From positions 1 to 50,164 of the IMG/VR virus record IMGVR_UViG_3300021197_000796: a stretch of DNA of 50,164 nt; one strand, 5' to 3'. The stretch comes from a virus. Its lineage: Duplodnaviria > Caudoviricetes. The notes below the pieces were generated by a model. That model was not told the origin of the DNA and made no database searches. It saw nothing but the letters and a program-made list of their open reading frames with translations. Of the stretch, positions 1 to 9,221 are shown piece after piece; position 1 is the stretch's first letter; each line of letters starts with the position of its first letter. The position numbers were made by a program, and so were the translations under genes.

Positions 1-973
1 GTCGCTGGAGGTGTTATCAACTGACTTGCATCTAAATCATTCGCAATAAAGTTGGCATTTGCCACTCTGAAGTCAAAGTTTTTGTTCAGATTAGTCTGGT
101 TTGCATCTGTATTTGGGAAAGGTCTAATACCTGCACAACCTACATAAACACTTACCCATTCACCTATTGACACCTGTCCAATTAGTTTTTCAGCTGCGTT
201 AGGAGAACCTGCACCCCAAGCAAAGTAAATGTCACCTCCACTATTTACGTACAAGTGAATATCTTGACTTTGACTACCGCCCATACTCCAAATGTATTGG
301 TCAGATGAACCGCCACCCCACTTAAAAGTAACTGTTGATGCCCAAGTCCGTGCCTGACCATTTGAAGATGTATAACCTTCTGTTAAAATTGAATCTGCAT
401 TAATTTGCCTATCAATTGGAAGCATCATCGGTATGCGAGAGAAGTTATCACTTACCGTTTTAAGGTAGTCATTGCTTCCATCAAAATCGACAGCTTTAGT
501 CCAACTTGTTGCATTTGATGTTGGGGGAACAGGAACAGCTATTTCAGAAAGAGCAGTCCAATCAATGTCATCTGCATCTGTCGTACCAGCGTCAACTGAC
601 AGAGGAAGACCTTTTATCATAACATCAAGTTCAGTAATCCCGAAACCTTGATCACCTGATGCTACCTTAGCGGTGGAAGCCCAGTCTGCATAAGTTTCTG
701 TATTTGCATTATGATCGCTTGTTAGTGCATGTCCAACTCTGATGTTGTTGCCAGAAGATGTGACTTCTAGGAAGGCATTGTAGTTAAGGAACTGCGAAGA
801 GTTATAAAGATGAGTGCCGATCACCTTCGTTGTCATGGTACTAGTAGCGATATTGTATCCATACATCTGGAAGTTAGTGGCGCTAATTCTATAAATGGTG
901 AGCATCATGCCACCTTCAAAGCCAGTAGGAACAGCGTTACCTATGGTGTTTGCCCAAGCTCCGTCTTTTAGGC
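1..973. repeat. Imperfect terminal direct repeat, left copy (matches 49183..50164)
   Basis: Position 1 (gtcgctggaggtgttatc) equals 49183. The first ~440 bp are near identical (about 9 substitutions by eye); the rest is divergent but colinear. Confidence 0.9.
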
Positions 974-3900
974 CGATCATAAGCAGGTTTTGATCGCCCA
1001 TTGCATCAGCAAGATCAGCGAGGAATGCGCCTGACAATACCAGTCGTTGCCCTGCTCCAAGTGGCTCGTCGATTGACAACCAACCGTGCTGACCAGCAGC
1101 ATCAAAGATGTTAGTACCTGTCTGGTTAGCCGATGGACCTTCTAGAGTAACCCCAGTAACAGTTTCCGTGTAGCTTGAACCAGCAAGGGTCAACGGTACG
1201 TTAGCGTATGCGGTGCTTGTTGCGCCGTCTGTGAAGGTCAGGAATTTACTTGGTTCTACATCAGAAGGAATAACGTACTGGAAGTATGTTCCAGCATATC
1301 CTGCACCTGAACCACCCAACATAGACAGTCCATCGTTTCCTGTGACTGCATTGCCGTTGGCATCTACAATGTCAAACACATCATTGGTCTGCATTGTCGC
1401 ACCGTCCACATAGAACTTGTAGGTGCTACCTGCATTGAATGTTACCGTGTTAAAGTCCAACACAGTAGCTCCACCGTCTTGAGTGAACTTGATGGCTCCA
1501 GCTTGGTCTACAATAGTAAACTCATTACCTGCTAAGTCAGCCAACACGTTGATAGTGATCGTGCCTTGAACCGAACCAAAAGCGTTAGCCTTTGTGACAT
1601 TGATAACATGCTGGACAGATTGACCATAGCCGTTTGTGATGTCTTCAGCAGTAGCAACAATCGAAGAACCATTGTCAGCGTAGCCAGCAGGAACACCTGT
1701 GAGGTTAAACGTGTCAGTCATACCAGCAGGTTTATACTGGATGTTGATCGCGCTACCTTCTTGCACATTATAAGTAATGTTAGTGAAAGTTGGCAGGTAG
1801 TTAGCGTCATCATCTGTTGGCTGGATGTTCCAGATGACGTTCGAAACAGACTCACCATTAGGCGCAGTGTACAAACCGTTGACAGGTGCAGACGAAGCGT
1901 TCATATGGTTGCTTACGTTTGGCATGTACCAAGTGGTGCCTGTCGTGTCGTCTGCGTAAGTGTGCGTATGGCTTTCACCTGCACCAGTTAGGTCAGTATC
2001 GACTTGGTTAGCTTCTGCTGCTGTCTTGAACAACGGATAGTGGAATACACCATCAGGAGATTCAATGTAGTAGAAAGTTGCATTGTCGTCAGAACCTTCA
2101 ACACCAACTTCTGTCTCAATGAAGTCTTTGTATTGCACGAGGTCCATGTTGAAAGCACCGTTCATGCTGTCGTTCATGGTCGCCAAGTTAGTACCTGCAA
2201 CAACACCGTTGATGTACACGTTGCCCAAAGTAAGACCACGCAACTGAATCTTATCAGAAGCACGTTGAATGATGTCTACCTTAGTTCCAGCCAGTACCGA
2301 CTGTAGCTCATTCATGTTGTAGACGTTGATGACGTTACCGCCGACACCTTCATGCAGAGCAATAGTCTGTTTGAGAGTATCAACAACGATGTCAACTTCA
2401 GGAACAGACATGACGTGGTTAGAGAATGGGAGTTCACTGTAGTTACCCGCGAGAGGTGCCTTAACAGCTTTCTGACCGATAGTCTGGTAGGAGTTGTCAC
2501 CCAGAGATACACGCAGGTTAGTCAGGTCAACCTCAGAGAAGTCAATCGCATAGTCTTGACCGATAAAACCTACGTCATCTACCTTGATGATGTTCTTGTC
2601 GTTATCAGCGATAGCACCAACAGCAGACGTAATCAGGAAGCCGATTCTGTCAGTATTGGAACCGAGACCAGTGTAGTGAACCTGAGTATCCAGAATCTCA
2701 GCGATAAAGCGGAAGTCTGGGTTGTATGTAATCTGTGTGCCCAGCAGGTTATACGCATCGTTGATCTGGATGGACGCCTTAGCATCACCAGTGTTACCGA
2801 TACCGTTGTACGTGCTACGGTTGTTGTCGTACAAGCCACAGTCACGGACTGTAAGGTTAGAAGAACCCCAACCACAGACACCTGCGTTCCAGTTGCCGTT
2901 TACTTCGATCTGAGAGAACTTGTTGTTGATACCACCGATAACCAGCAGACCGTTGTTCGCGTTGTATGCCGAAGAGTTAATAGCTGCGACAACATTGTGA
3001 CAACCACCCAAAGCACCAGCAGCAACGTAGATACCAGACTCGATGTTCTGGTGTGCTTGGTTACGAGTGATGAAGCCAGCGCCGCCAATGCCACAGTCTT
3101 GTACACGGATACCACGAAGGTTCTTCTGTACGAGGTTATTACCGATCATAACCATTGTAGCTTCTTGGATACGCATAGCGCCACCGTTAGAAGCCTCAGA
3201 GCCAGCGTAGAAAGCCTGAAGGTCTACAGCAGCAGAGTCGTAACCCAGTACACCTGTCATAGACGAAGGAAGCACAGTGTTCAGACCGTTACCAGACCAA
3301 CCATTGTTTTCTAGTGTGCTGTCACGAACTTCAGTACGAGCGGTCTTAGAAGTGAAGATACCGTAGCCACCAGCGTACTTAATGGTCAGACCTTCGAAGA
3401 GGAACTTCTGGGTGTTGTCCGTGCCTGTGAAGTGAAACAAGTCACCGTTAGTTGCATCGTAGGAGGCAAAGCGAACAACAGCCTTAGAGTTACCGTAGAA
3501 CTCAAGACTGTGAGGTAGAACAAAAGCATCAGAAGAACTGTTCGGGACAATTACTTCACCTTTGATAAGGATCGAGTCGTTTGCGTTTGAGTTAGCAATA
3601 GCTACTGCGAGATCAGTGTATGGCTGAAGGGAAGAGCCTGTACGCACGGAGCCTGTGAAGGAAGGGTCAACATGGATGTCGTACTGGTCGAGGGCAGAAC
3701 CTTCGATCTCACCAATAGAAACATTAGCGTTACGGATGACTTCCCACTGAGAGGATGTCGCGTTGAACTTAACAATATCGTTTACGTTGAGGTCATAGTC
3801 TACACTATCGAAGGTGACAGTAGCAGCTACACCAACGTAGAACCAATCGCCATTGCTATAAGAGGACGTATCTGTTGTGATGTCAGTGACAGTATCCCAG

Positions 3901-4205
3901 ATACCACTGTAGTTAGCGTTGAGGCTGTTAGCGCCTGCTGCGTTAGCTGCTGTATTGATATAAGACAAGCAAGCGTCTACGTCAGCGAAAGCATCACCGT
4001 TAGCGTCTACGAAGCTAGTGAAGGGTTCGTTGAAGAACTCAAAAGCCTCCGCACCGTCACTCTTGATGTTGTTTCTGATGTTGATGTTGTCAGGGTTTGT
4101 GTCGTGAGCAAAAGCCGTAAGACAAGAGTTCCAGTAAACAGGAGTGTCTGCACCTTGGAAGTTAACACAGTTACCAGCTTCGTTACGAATAATTCTAATA
4201 GTCAT
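1..4205 (-). CDS. Giant virion fibre/adhesin-like protein (right-handed beta-helix region plus C-terminal LamG/lectin-like region); runs off the left edge
   Basis: Absent from the ORF track because it has no stop in the window. Read by eye from ATG at 4205 (MTIRIIRNEAGNCVNFQG...) to ...SQLITPPA with no stop seen (about 1401 codons). Beta-helix-like repeats (KNLRGIRVQDCGIGGAGFITRNQAHQNIESGIYV, NNGLLVIGGINNKFSQIEVNGNWNAG). Joins in frame to 49182..48744, giving about 1547 aa. Confidence 0.8.
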   Translation of the reverse strand, partial: MTIRIIRNEAGNCVNFQGADTPVYWNSCLTAFAHDTNPDNINIRNNIKSDGAEAFEFFNEPFTSFVDANGDAFADVDACLSYINTAANAAGANSLNANYSGIWDTVTDITTDTSSYSNGDWFYVGVAATVTFDSVDYDLNVNDIVKFNATSSQWEVIRNANVSIGEIEGSALDQYDIHVDPSFTGSVRTGSSLQPYTDLAVAIANSNANDSILIKGEVIVPNSSSDAFVLPHSLEFYGNSKAVVRFASYDATNGDLFHFTGTDNTQKFLFEGLTIKYAGGYGIFTSKTARTEVRDSTLENNGWSGNGLNTVLPSSMTGVLGYDSAAVDLQAFYAGSEASNGGAMRIQEATMVMIGNNLVQKNLRGIRVQDCGIGGAGFITRNQAHQNIESGIYVAAGALGGCHNVVAAINSSAYNANNGLLVIGGINNKFSQIEVNGNWNAGVCGWGSSNLTVRDCGLYDNNRSTYNGIGNTGDAKASIQINDAYNLLGTQITYNPDFRFIAEILDTQVHYTGLGSNTDRIGFLITSAVGAIADNDKNIIKVDDVGFIGQDYAIDFSEVDLTNLRVSLGDNSYQTIGQKAVKAPLAGNYSELPFSNHVMSVPEVDIVVDTLKQTIALHEGVGGNVINVYNMNELQSVLAGTKVDIIQRASDKIQLRGLTLGNVYINGVVAGTNLATMNDSMNGAFNMDLVQYKDFIETEVGVEGSDDNATFYYIESPDGVFHYPLFKTAAEANQVDTDLTGAGESHTHTYADDTTGTTWYMPNVSNHMNASSAPVNGLYTAPNGESVSNVIWNIQPTDDDANYLPTFTNITYNVQEGSAINIQYKPAGMTDTFNLTGVPAGYADNGSSIVATAEDITNGYGQSVQHVINVTKANAFGSVQGTITINVLADLAGNEFTIVDQAGAIKFTQDGGATVLDFNTVTFNAGSTYKFYVDGATMQTNDVFDIVDANGNAVTGNDGLSMLGGSGAGYAGTYFQYVIPSDVEPSKFLTFTDGATSTAYANVPLTLAGSSYTETVTGVTLEGPSANQTGTNIFDAAGQHGWLSIDEPLGAGQRLVLSGAFLADLADAMGDQNLLMIGLKDGAWANTIGNAVPTGFEGGMMLTIYRISATNFQMYGYNIATSTMTTKVIGTHLYNSSQFLNYNAFLEVTSSGNNIRVGHALTSDHNANTETYADWASTAKVASGDQGFGITELDVMIKGLPLSVDAGTTDADDIDWTALSEIAVPVPPTSNATSWTKAVDFDGSNDYLKTVSDNFSRIPMMLPIDRQINADSILTEGYTSSNGQARTWASTVTFKWGGGSSDQYIWSMGGSQSQDIHLYVNSGGDIYFAWGAGSPNAAEKLIGQVSIGEWVSVYVGCAGIRPFPNTDANQTNLNKNFDFRVANANFIANDLDASQLITPPA

Positions 4206-4777
4206 CAGTTGGAACCCTTGTTGTAAACTTTAATTGCCATACCCGCGTTAACCACAGAGCCACCCGAAGACAGTTTGACCTGTGGGTAGATAGGGTTATT
4301 TCTGGTGTTTGTATCACCAAGGTAGATATAGTCCGTAAGAAGTGACTGGCGGTAAGGTAGACCTGCACCCTCGTCCAGACGACCTACAGCACGTTCCAAG
4401 AAGTAAGTCCCCGCACCTGAACCTAGTTGGTAACGGAAGCTCAAGGCTGCGTTGTTCACGTTTGGTGTTACAGTGTAGTCTAAGCGAATAAGAAGGTCTG
4501 AGTGCAAAGGTAGAGCAGAGCAGTTGATAGCACCACTAGCATCTAGGATAGTAGAGCTGCCGTTAGGCAGTTGGTTCTGAGAGAAGGAACCTAGACCGTC
4601 GTTAGGCAGGTTAGTCCAAGTCTCAGCAACTAAGGCTACAGGGGATGCAGCGGAACTCGTATCGTTGTAGTCTGCGTAACCTAAGTGGTTATCTAGAACC
4701 TCTGAAGTAGGTGCAAAAGGAAGCAGCAGTCTTGCGCTGTCCCCGAACTTAGCTCTTAGAATGTTAATAGATGACAT
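4205..4777 (-). CDS. Hypothetical virion-associated protein, coupled to the giant fibre gene
   Basis: 190 aa ORF; its stop overlaps the fibre start (TGATG); lies in the head module. Confidence 0.7.
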   Translation of the reverse strand: MSSINILRAKFGDSARLLLPFAPTSEVLDNHLGYADYNDTSSAASPVALVAETWTNLPNDGLGSFSQNQLPNGSSTILDASGAINCSALPLHSDLLIRLDYTVTPNVNNAALSFRYQLGSGAGTYFLERAVGRLDEGAGLPYRQSLLTDYIYLGDTNTRNNPIYPQVKLSSGGSVVNAGMAIKVYNKGSN

Positions 4778-4781
4778 CTAG

Positions 4782-6197
4782 TCACTCCTGATCTTTAGAT
4801 TTATCTTCGTCGGGGTTTTCTTCTTCCTCTGGTTCCTCTTGAACTGGAGCTAAAGCAGCCTGACGAGCCACCTGAAGTGACTCCTCGTACTTCTCGCGAT
4901 CCAGTTCAGGAAGTTCAGCATTATGAAGGAGAGCATCAACGATCTCAGGCTGGTCAGCTAAGTTAATGTTAGCGCCATTGAGATTACGAAGGTACGCACC
5001 TAGCTCTTTTAGGTCATGGGGAGCAACGTCACCAGCGACTAGCTTAGGCATCAGATCGGGGTTAAGATTATTGAGTTCCCACAGAGGTTCTATGAGTTGC
5101 TTATTAAGCGTGTCTACCACCTGAGTGATATAGCTCTCTAGGGCACGTAGGAATAAGTCTGTCTTGCTCTTAGAGAGCGCGTAGGAGCCATTAGAACCCC
5201 CACCTAGCATAAGGAACTCAGAGAGTACACTACGGGCTATGTCGTGCTGGTAGCGACGGATGATAGGGTCTATGTCGATGTTACGAGTGCCGCTAGATGA
5301 CATAAGCTCTACGTCAACCAAACGCTCTCCTGTAGGCGCACCATCCTTATCTGGGTAGGTATCACTAGGGAGAATGATATAACCTTGGTCATTGAACTTG
5401 ACATCACGTAGGATAGACTGCAATTCATTACGGAAGGCAATTTGACCTTCAGTAGCATCAGGGGAGAGGTACTCAGCAGGAACACGAGCAACTGGGATAC
5501 CAGCCAACTCACGCTCAACACCTACAGCCTCAATAGACTGCATATTGTTAAGGTACTGATAGCTCGTGTAGGCGTTGCGTAGGATAGACCTACCTGAAGG
5601 ATCACCGTTGATAGTAGTTGTTCTGTAGTAAACAGACTTACGGCTAGGAATGTAGTTCTTACCTGCGCCATAACCTGTGCTTTGGTAGATACCAAGGATG
5701 TCCCCAGTTTTATGCTCTACGTCAAAGCGATCTATAGTCCAAGGAGAACGACAAGCTAACTTACGGACACCCATGCGTCCATCAGAGTGCTTAGACTTCT
5801 TCTTAGGGTTCTGACCGAGACCCTCACGACGCTTATACACCACTTCAAACCAAGAGAACCCATACGACAGAAAGCTAAGTGCCTCTGCGATGTGGTCATC
5901 AAGAGTGTGTTCCATGTCCTCTAGGATGCTCTCTACGAACTCCTGCTCTTTCTTAGCAGCTTCACTGTCATCAGCAGGCTTGACGTTGATCTCTACGTCC
6001 CGAAGCATCTGCTCAACTGCATAAATCACTGCGCCGATTGTGCTATCATTCTCACGCATCTCTCGGAACTTCTTAATAGCCTCGCGGCCTTTGAGTTCAC
6101 GTAAGAACTCATCAGAGCGAAAGTTGCCATTATGGACATTCTGCCCAGCCACACCTAAGATTTGAGTCGATTCTGTTTTACTTAGGCTCTTAGCCAT
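4782..6197 (-). CDS. Portal protein (Mu gp29/DUF935-like)
   Basis: 471 aa directly after TerL/HNH; motifs ALSFLSYGFSWFEVVY, GDPSGRSILRNAY, GSYALSKSKTDLF. Confidence 0.85.
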   Translation of the reverse strand: MAKSLSKTESTQILGVAGQNVHNGNFRSDEFLRELKGREAIKKFREMRENDSTIGAVIYAVEQMLRDVEINVKPADDSEAAKKEQEFVESILEDMEHTLDDHIAEALSFLSYGFSWFEVVYKRREGLGQNPKKKSKHSDGRMGVRKLACRSPWTIDRFDVEHKTGDILGIYQSTGYGAGKNYIPSRKSVYYRTTTINGDPSGRSILRNAYTSYQYLNNMQSIEAVGVERELAGIPVARVPAEYLSPDATEGQIAFRNELQSILRDVKFNDQGYIILPSDTYPDKDGAPTGERLVDVELMSSSGTRNIDIDPIIRRYQHDIARSVLSEFLMLGGGSNGSYALSKSKTDLFLRALESYITQVVDTLNKQLIEPLWELNNLNPDLMPKLVAGDVAPHDLKELGAYLRNLNGANINLADQPEIVDALLHNAELPELDREKYEESLQVARQAALAPVQEEPEEEENPDEDKSKDQE

Positions 6198-6208
6198 GAT
6201 TCAGGTTC

Positions 6209-6682
6209 CTAGAATTTGTTGGATTTAGATAGGTTCATTGAAGCAGGGATAATAGCTAAGTTCCAAGGTACGTGAAGACCACAAATGTTTTCACCCTGCA
6301 AAGGTACAATGTGATCTACGTGGTGAGGCTTACCTGTGCGTTCAGTTACGTTTGTACAAGTTGTGTATATACGTTTGACTTGCGTTTGGTCTTTTTCGGA
6401 CAACCAAGAAGGTGTAGCTTGGAGTTTAGAGGCTCGGCGTTTGGCTGTGATAGAGTTTCTAACTCCTGAATTATCTTTAGCCCAAACCTTAGCTTTTTTT
6501 AACTCTTTGCTTTTGTTCTTAAGGTAGTATTCAGACCTATAGTTGGGATTGCTTGCTTTCCAAGACTTACTTTTAGATTGAGTGCAGGACTTGCAGGAGG
6601 AGTACAAACCATCAGACTTTCTTTTGTCTTTGTAGAAATCCGACTTCTGTTTCTCAGTCTGACAAGCTGCACAAATCTTCAT
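6209..6682 (-). CDS. HNH endonuclease with N-terminal Zn-finger
   Basis: CAAC...CKSC; [23 protein letters not shown]...N HNH signature. Confidence 0.9.
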   Translation of the reverse strand: MKICAACQTEKQKSDFYKDKRKSDGLYSSCKSCTQSKSKSWKASNPNYRSEYYLKNKSKELKKAKVWAKDNSGVRNSITAKRRASKLQATPSWLSEKDQTQVKRIYTTCTNVTERTGKPHHVDHIVPLQGENICGLHVPWNLAIIPASMNLSKSNKF

Positions 6683-8043
6683 CGTAGTCCCTTGCTGTTA
6701 CTGTAAACCAACTGGAGTTGAGGCTTCTGATACCCGTTAAGCATAAGTTCAGTTAATGCCCATACAAGGGCGTCAAGTCTGTCAGGAGAACCTATAGAAC
6801 CTAGCGGCTCCCAAGTGGTAAGTTGAACTTGAAGTTCGTTCAGGCTTGCTTCAGGGTCATCAGTGTCACTTACGTGGTGTACCAGACCTCTTTCGTATAG
6901 TGCAGAGACAGGTTCAGCCCTTGCGTACTTACCTCTGGAAGCTCTGACCATCTTGAGTGGGACCGTTTCGTCCTCGCCATGAATAGTATGCTTAACGAGA
7001 TCACCACCCTGATTGACTTCCGCAACAATCCTGTCAGCTTCAAACTTGTGGTAGAGTTCAATAGCTTTAGACGCCCAACCTTGAGGTGTTAGCTTGTCCG
7101 TGTAGTCACCTAAAATATAACCTTTGCCGTTCACATCAACACCAGCCACCACAATACCCGTCATGTCAGACTCAGCGTTAGAGGTAACAGCAGGGTCAAC
7201 CGACACAACGACACGTGTGAGGTCTGGTAAGTCCTTGCGATCTATCTGGCAAGCATCTAAAACTTCAAGGGTCCACAAAGCACCCTCGTTTTCCTCAAGA
7301 ACCTCTGCGTAAAGCTCTTGTCGCCCTAGACGAGTACCTTCGTACTGCTCTTTAACCGCAGTTAGGTATGTGTCAGCTAAGTTCGCGGCGTTATCAAAAG
7401 TGGAACCCACAGTAACGCAAGTTTTAGGGTCTTTTAGTAGTTTTCGTACCAATTTAGTAGATTTTGGGGTAGTAGTGACACAAACCTTCGGGTGTTTACC
7501 TAATCGTAGGCAGAACTGAAGCATATCCCACGTTGAGATGTCTTTATTCCAAGCAGCAAGCTCATCACACCATGCAGCGGAGAACTGTGGGCCACGGAGA
7601 CGCTCAGGTTCTTCTGCTGAGTAGAACTCTACCTTAGCGCCATTAGCCCACGTCAAGGTACGCTTAGTAGGGGACCACTCAGGGAAACCCATCTCTTTGT
7701 TCTTGTAGGTCTTGTCGTACTTAGAGCATAAAGCCAAGAAACCACTCTCGCCTTTAACCATAACTCGTTCGATGTCAGAGTTCGTAGAGGCTACACAAGC
7801 AATTCGCTTATGGCCTTCCTTTACCTTCTCTCGTACCCACTGTGCGCCAGTCCAAGTCTTACCGAAGCCACGACCACAGTTCAGGAACCACACATTATGC
7901 TCACCCTCTGGCTCTATCTGCTCAGGTCTAGCCCAGAAGGTGTACTCTTTCTGTAGAGCCTCTAGCTGGTTCTTAGACATCTTAGCGAGAGCTTCTTGGA
8001 CCTCTAGGTCAGGCATCTCTCGTAGCGATTGAGCAGTTAGCAT
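6679..8043 (-). CDS. terL: Terminase large subunit (Terminase_6 type)
   Basis: Walker A CGRGFGKT, Walker [15 protein letters not shown], nuclease VSVDPA and [11 protein letters not shown]. Confidence 0.95.
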   Translation of the reverse strand: MLTAQSLREMPDLEVQEALAKMSKNQLEALQKEYTFWARPEQIEPEGEHNVWFLNCGRGFGKTWTGAQWVREKVKEGHKRIACVASTNSDIERVMVKGESGFLALCSKYDKTYKNKEMGFPEWSPTKRTLTWANGAKVEFYSAEEPERLRGPQFSAAWCDELAAWNKDISTWDMLQFCLRLGKHPKVCVTTTPKSTKLVRKLLKDPKTCVTVGSTFDNAANLADTYLTAVKEQYEGTRLGRQELYAEVLEENEGALWTLEVLDACQIDRKDLPDLTRVVVSVDPAVTSNAESDMTGIVVAGVDVNGKGYILGDYTDKLTPQGWASKAIELYHKFEADRIVAEVNQGGDLVKHTIHGEDETVPLKMVRASRGKYARAEPVSALYERGLVHHVSDTDDPEASLNELQVQLTTWEPLGSIGSPDRLDALVWALTELMLNGYQKPQLQLVYSNSKGLR

Positions 8044-8173
8044 ATCGGGTTCCTTTTAAGTTTGACTGCCGCTGCCAGTCTCTCACTACTTGACCTTTAC
8101 GATCTGGCCGTGACGCGCTACGCGGGATACTTCTGATCTTTAAAGAGCGGGGTATCTCAATCACACTCTACGC

Positions 8174-8551
8174 TTACTCCTCGTCAGTACCCTTACCCAG
8201 AGCAGCCATCAAGGCACTCACTGCACCTTCGTTCTCTTCGTCATCAGTACCAACCTCTTGCTCCTGTACGTGGGAACTAGGGGACCAACCAGCACGAGAA
8301 CGCAGGTATAGCTCTTGAGACTTGAAGTCACCTTCTAATGCTTGGTCAATAACAGTCTTGCCTACCTTAGCATCAAGAGTGAACTTAACCTCATCCATAT
8401 CCTCTCTGTACAACTTATAGAAAGTCGTGTAGGACTGAGGTGCATCCTTCATGTGCAACACAGAAGCAAAGATCTGTCTGACAGTAACACCACCACTGAT
8501 ACCTTCTCGTACCTTACGTGCGATGTTAGGGTTCTTAGGGAGTTTAGCCAT
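8174..8551 (-). CDS. terS: Probable terminase small subunit
   Basis: Start refined to ATG 8551 (MAKLPKNP); directly upstream of TerL; GDFKSQELYLRSRAGW motif typical of TerS. Confidence 0.7.
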   Translation of the reverse strand: MAKLPKNPNIARKVREGISGGVTVRQIFASVLHMKDAPQSYTTFYKLYREDMDEVKFTLDAKVGKTVIDQALEGDFKSQELYLRSRAGWSPSSHVQEQEVGTDDEENEGAVSALMAALGKGTDEE

Positions 8552-8783
8552 CAGTAGGCTCCGTTTGTGTAAGGCGCTTGTACTGCGCCGGATAGTTAAG
8601 GTGCGTCCACTCTGTAGCACCGCGATTGAAAGCGACCTCGACGGCACTCTCAAGGTCGGACTCAAGGTCTTCGATCCAAGCTGCCGCAGCAACGGCCACA
8701 GAAGCATCGGCTGCACTGGACGATTTGCGCTTACTTATGAAGTCCAAAGAATTTAGTAGCTGCTCCGTATTGCCTCTAAACAT
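8544..8783 (-). CDS. Hypothetical protein, first gene of the late operon
   Basis: 79 aa, AAGGAG RBS upstream, overlaps the TerS start. Confidence 0.6.
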   Translation of the reverse strand: MFRGNTEQLLNSLDFISKRKSSSAADASVAVAAAAWIEDLESDLESAVEVAFNRGATEWTHLNYPAQYKRLTQTEPTDG

Positions 8784-8861
8784 CTGTTTTTTGCTCCTTA
8801 CTATTAGTTGCGTCCCGCTCCTTTGTTACTCAGTAACGTATGTTGTGTTGTGGGGTTGTCT

Positions 8862-8892
8862 GGAGCCTTTCCACAAAATTGTGGATTGCCAC
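8862..8892 (-). promoter_or_regulatory. 31-bp element with palindromic core TCCACAA-NN-TTGTGGA; second copy at 15836..15866
   Basis: Reverse complement gtggcaatccacaattttgtggaaaggctcc vs gtggcaatccacaaaattgtggaaaggctct inside the ParB-like gene. Confidence 0.65.
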
Positions 8893-9156
8893 CTGTCTCT
8901 ACCACAACGCTATAGTTACCCCGTCACTCACAGCTTAATTGCTGGTGGAAACAGGGTTCCCTCTTGGGGAGGAAATTCTTATGGGGGAATATTATAATAC
9001 CACCCCTAATAAGTAATTCTTAGGGGTCGCTAGGAATCTGCCCTAGGACTGCACCATGAATCACATTGGTGTAACTTAAGTATAGCTTAAGTATAACTTA
9101 CTTTACGTAAGAACTTATATCTTAATGATTAATAATTATAGATTATAATACTGTTG

Positions 9157-9221
9157 TGATTCTTATGTATAACTTAAGTACCTCTTACTTATATGTAGTT
9201 ATGGATTTCAGATCACACAAG
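9157..9221 (-). promoter_or_regulatory. 65-bp element, copy B (candidate phage-factor-dependent late promoter)
   Basis: 57/65 ungapped identity to 15335..15399, opposite orientation, pointing into the terminase/late operon; followed by an AT-rich tract with CTTAAG palindromes. Confidence 0.65.

Noticed and set aside
1-973. Diversity-generating retroelement TR/VR pair in the fibre gene
   Set aside because: Differences are mostly synonymous, not adenine-specific and include indels; no reverse transcriptase recognised in the genome.
1213-4226. Long plus-strand ORFs (e.g. 2352..3314, 3672..4226)
   Set aside because: Antisense shadows of the giant minus-strand fibre gene; no RBS or protein-like composition.
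6209-6682. Group I intron around the HNH gene
   Set aside because: TerL and portal both look intact and the HNH is a free-standing, coupled ORF.
8058-8173. Structured ncRNA or ribozyme between TerS and TerL
   Set aside because: Some short complementary segments, but no recognisable family motif; cannot be supported by eye.
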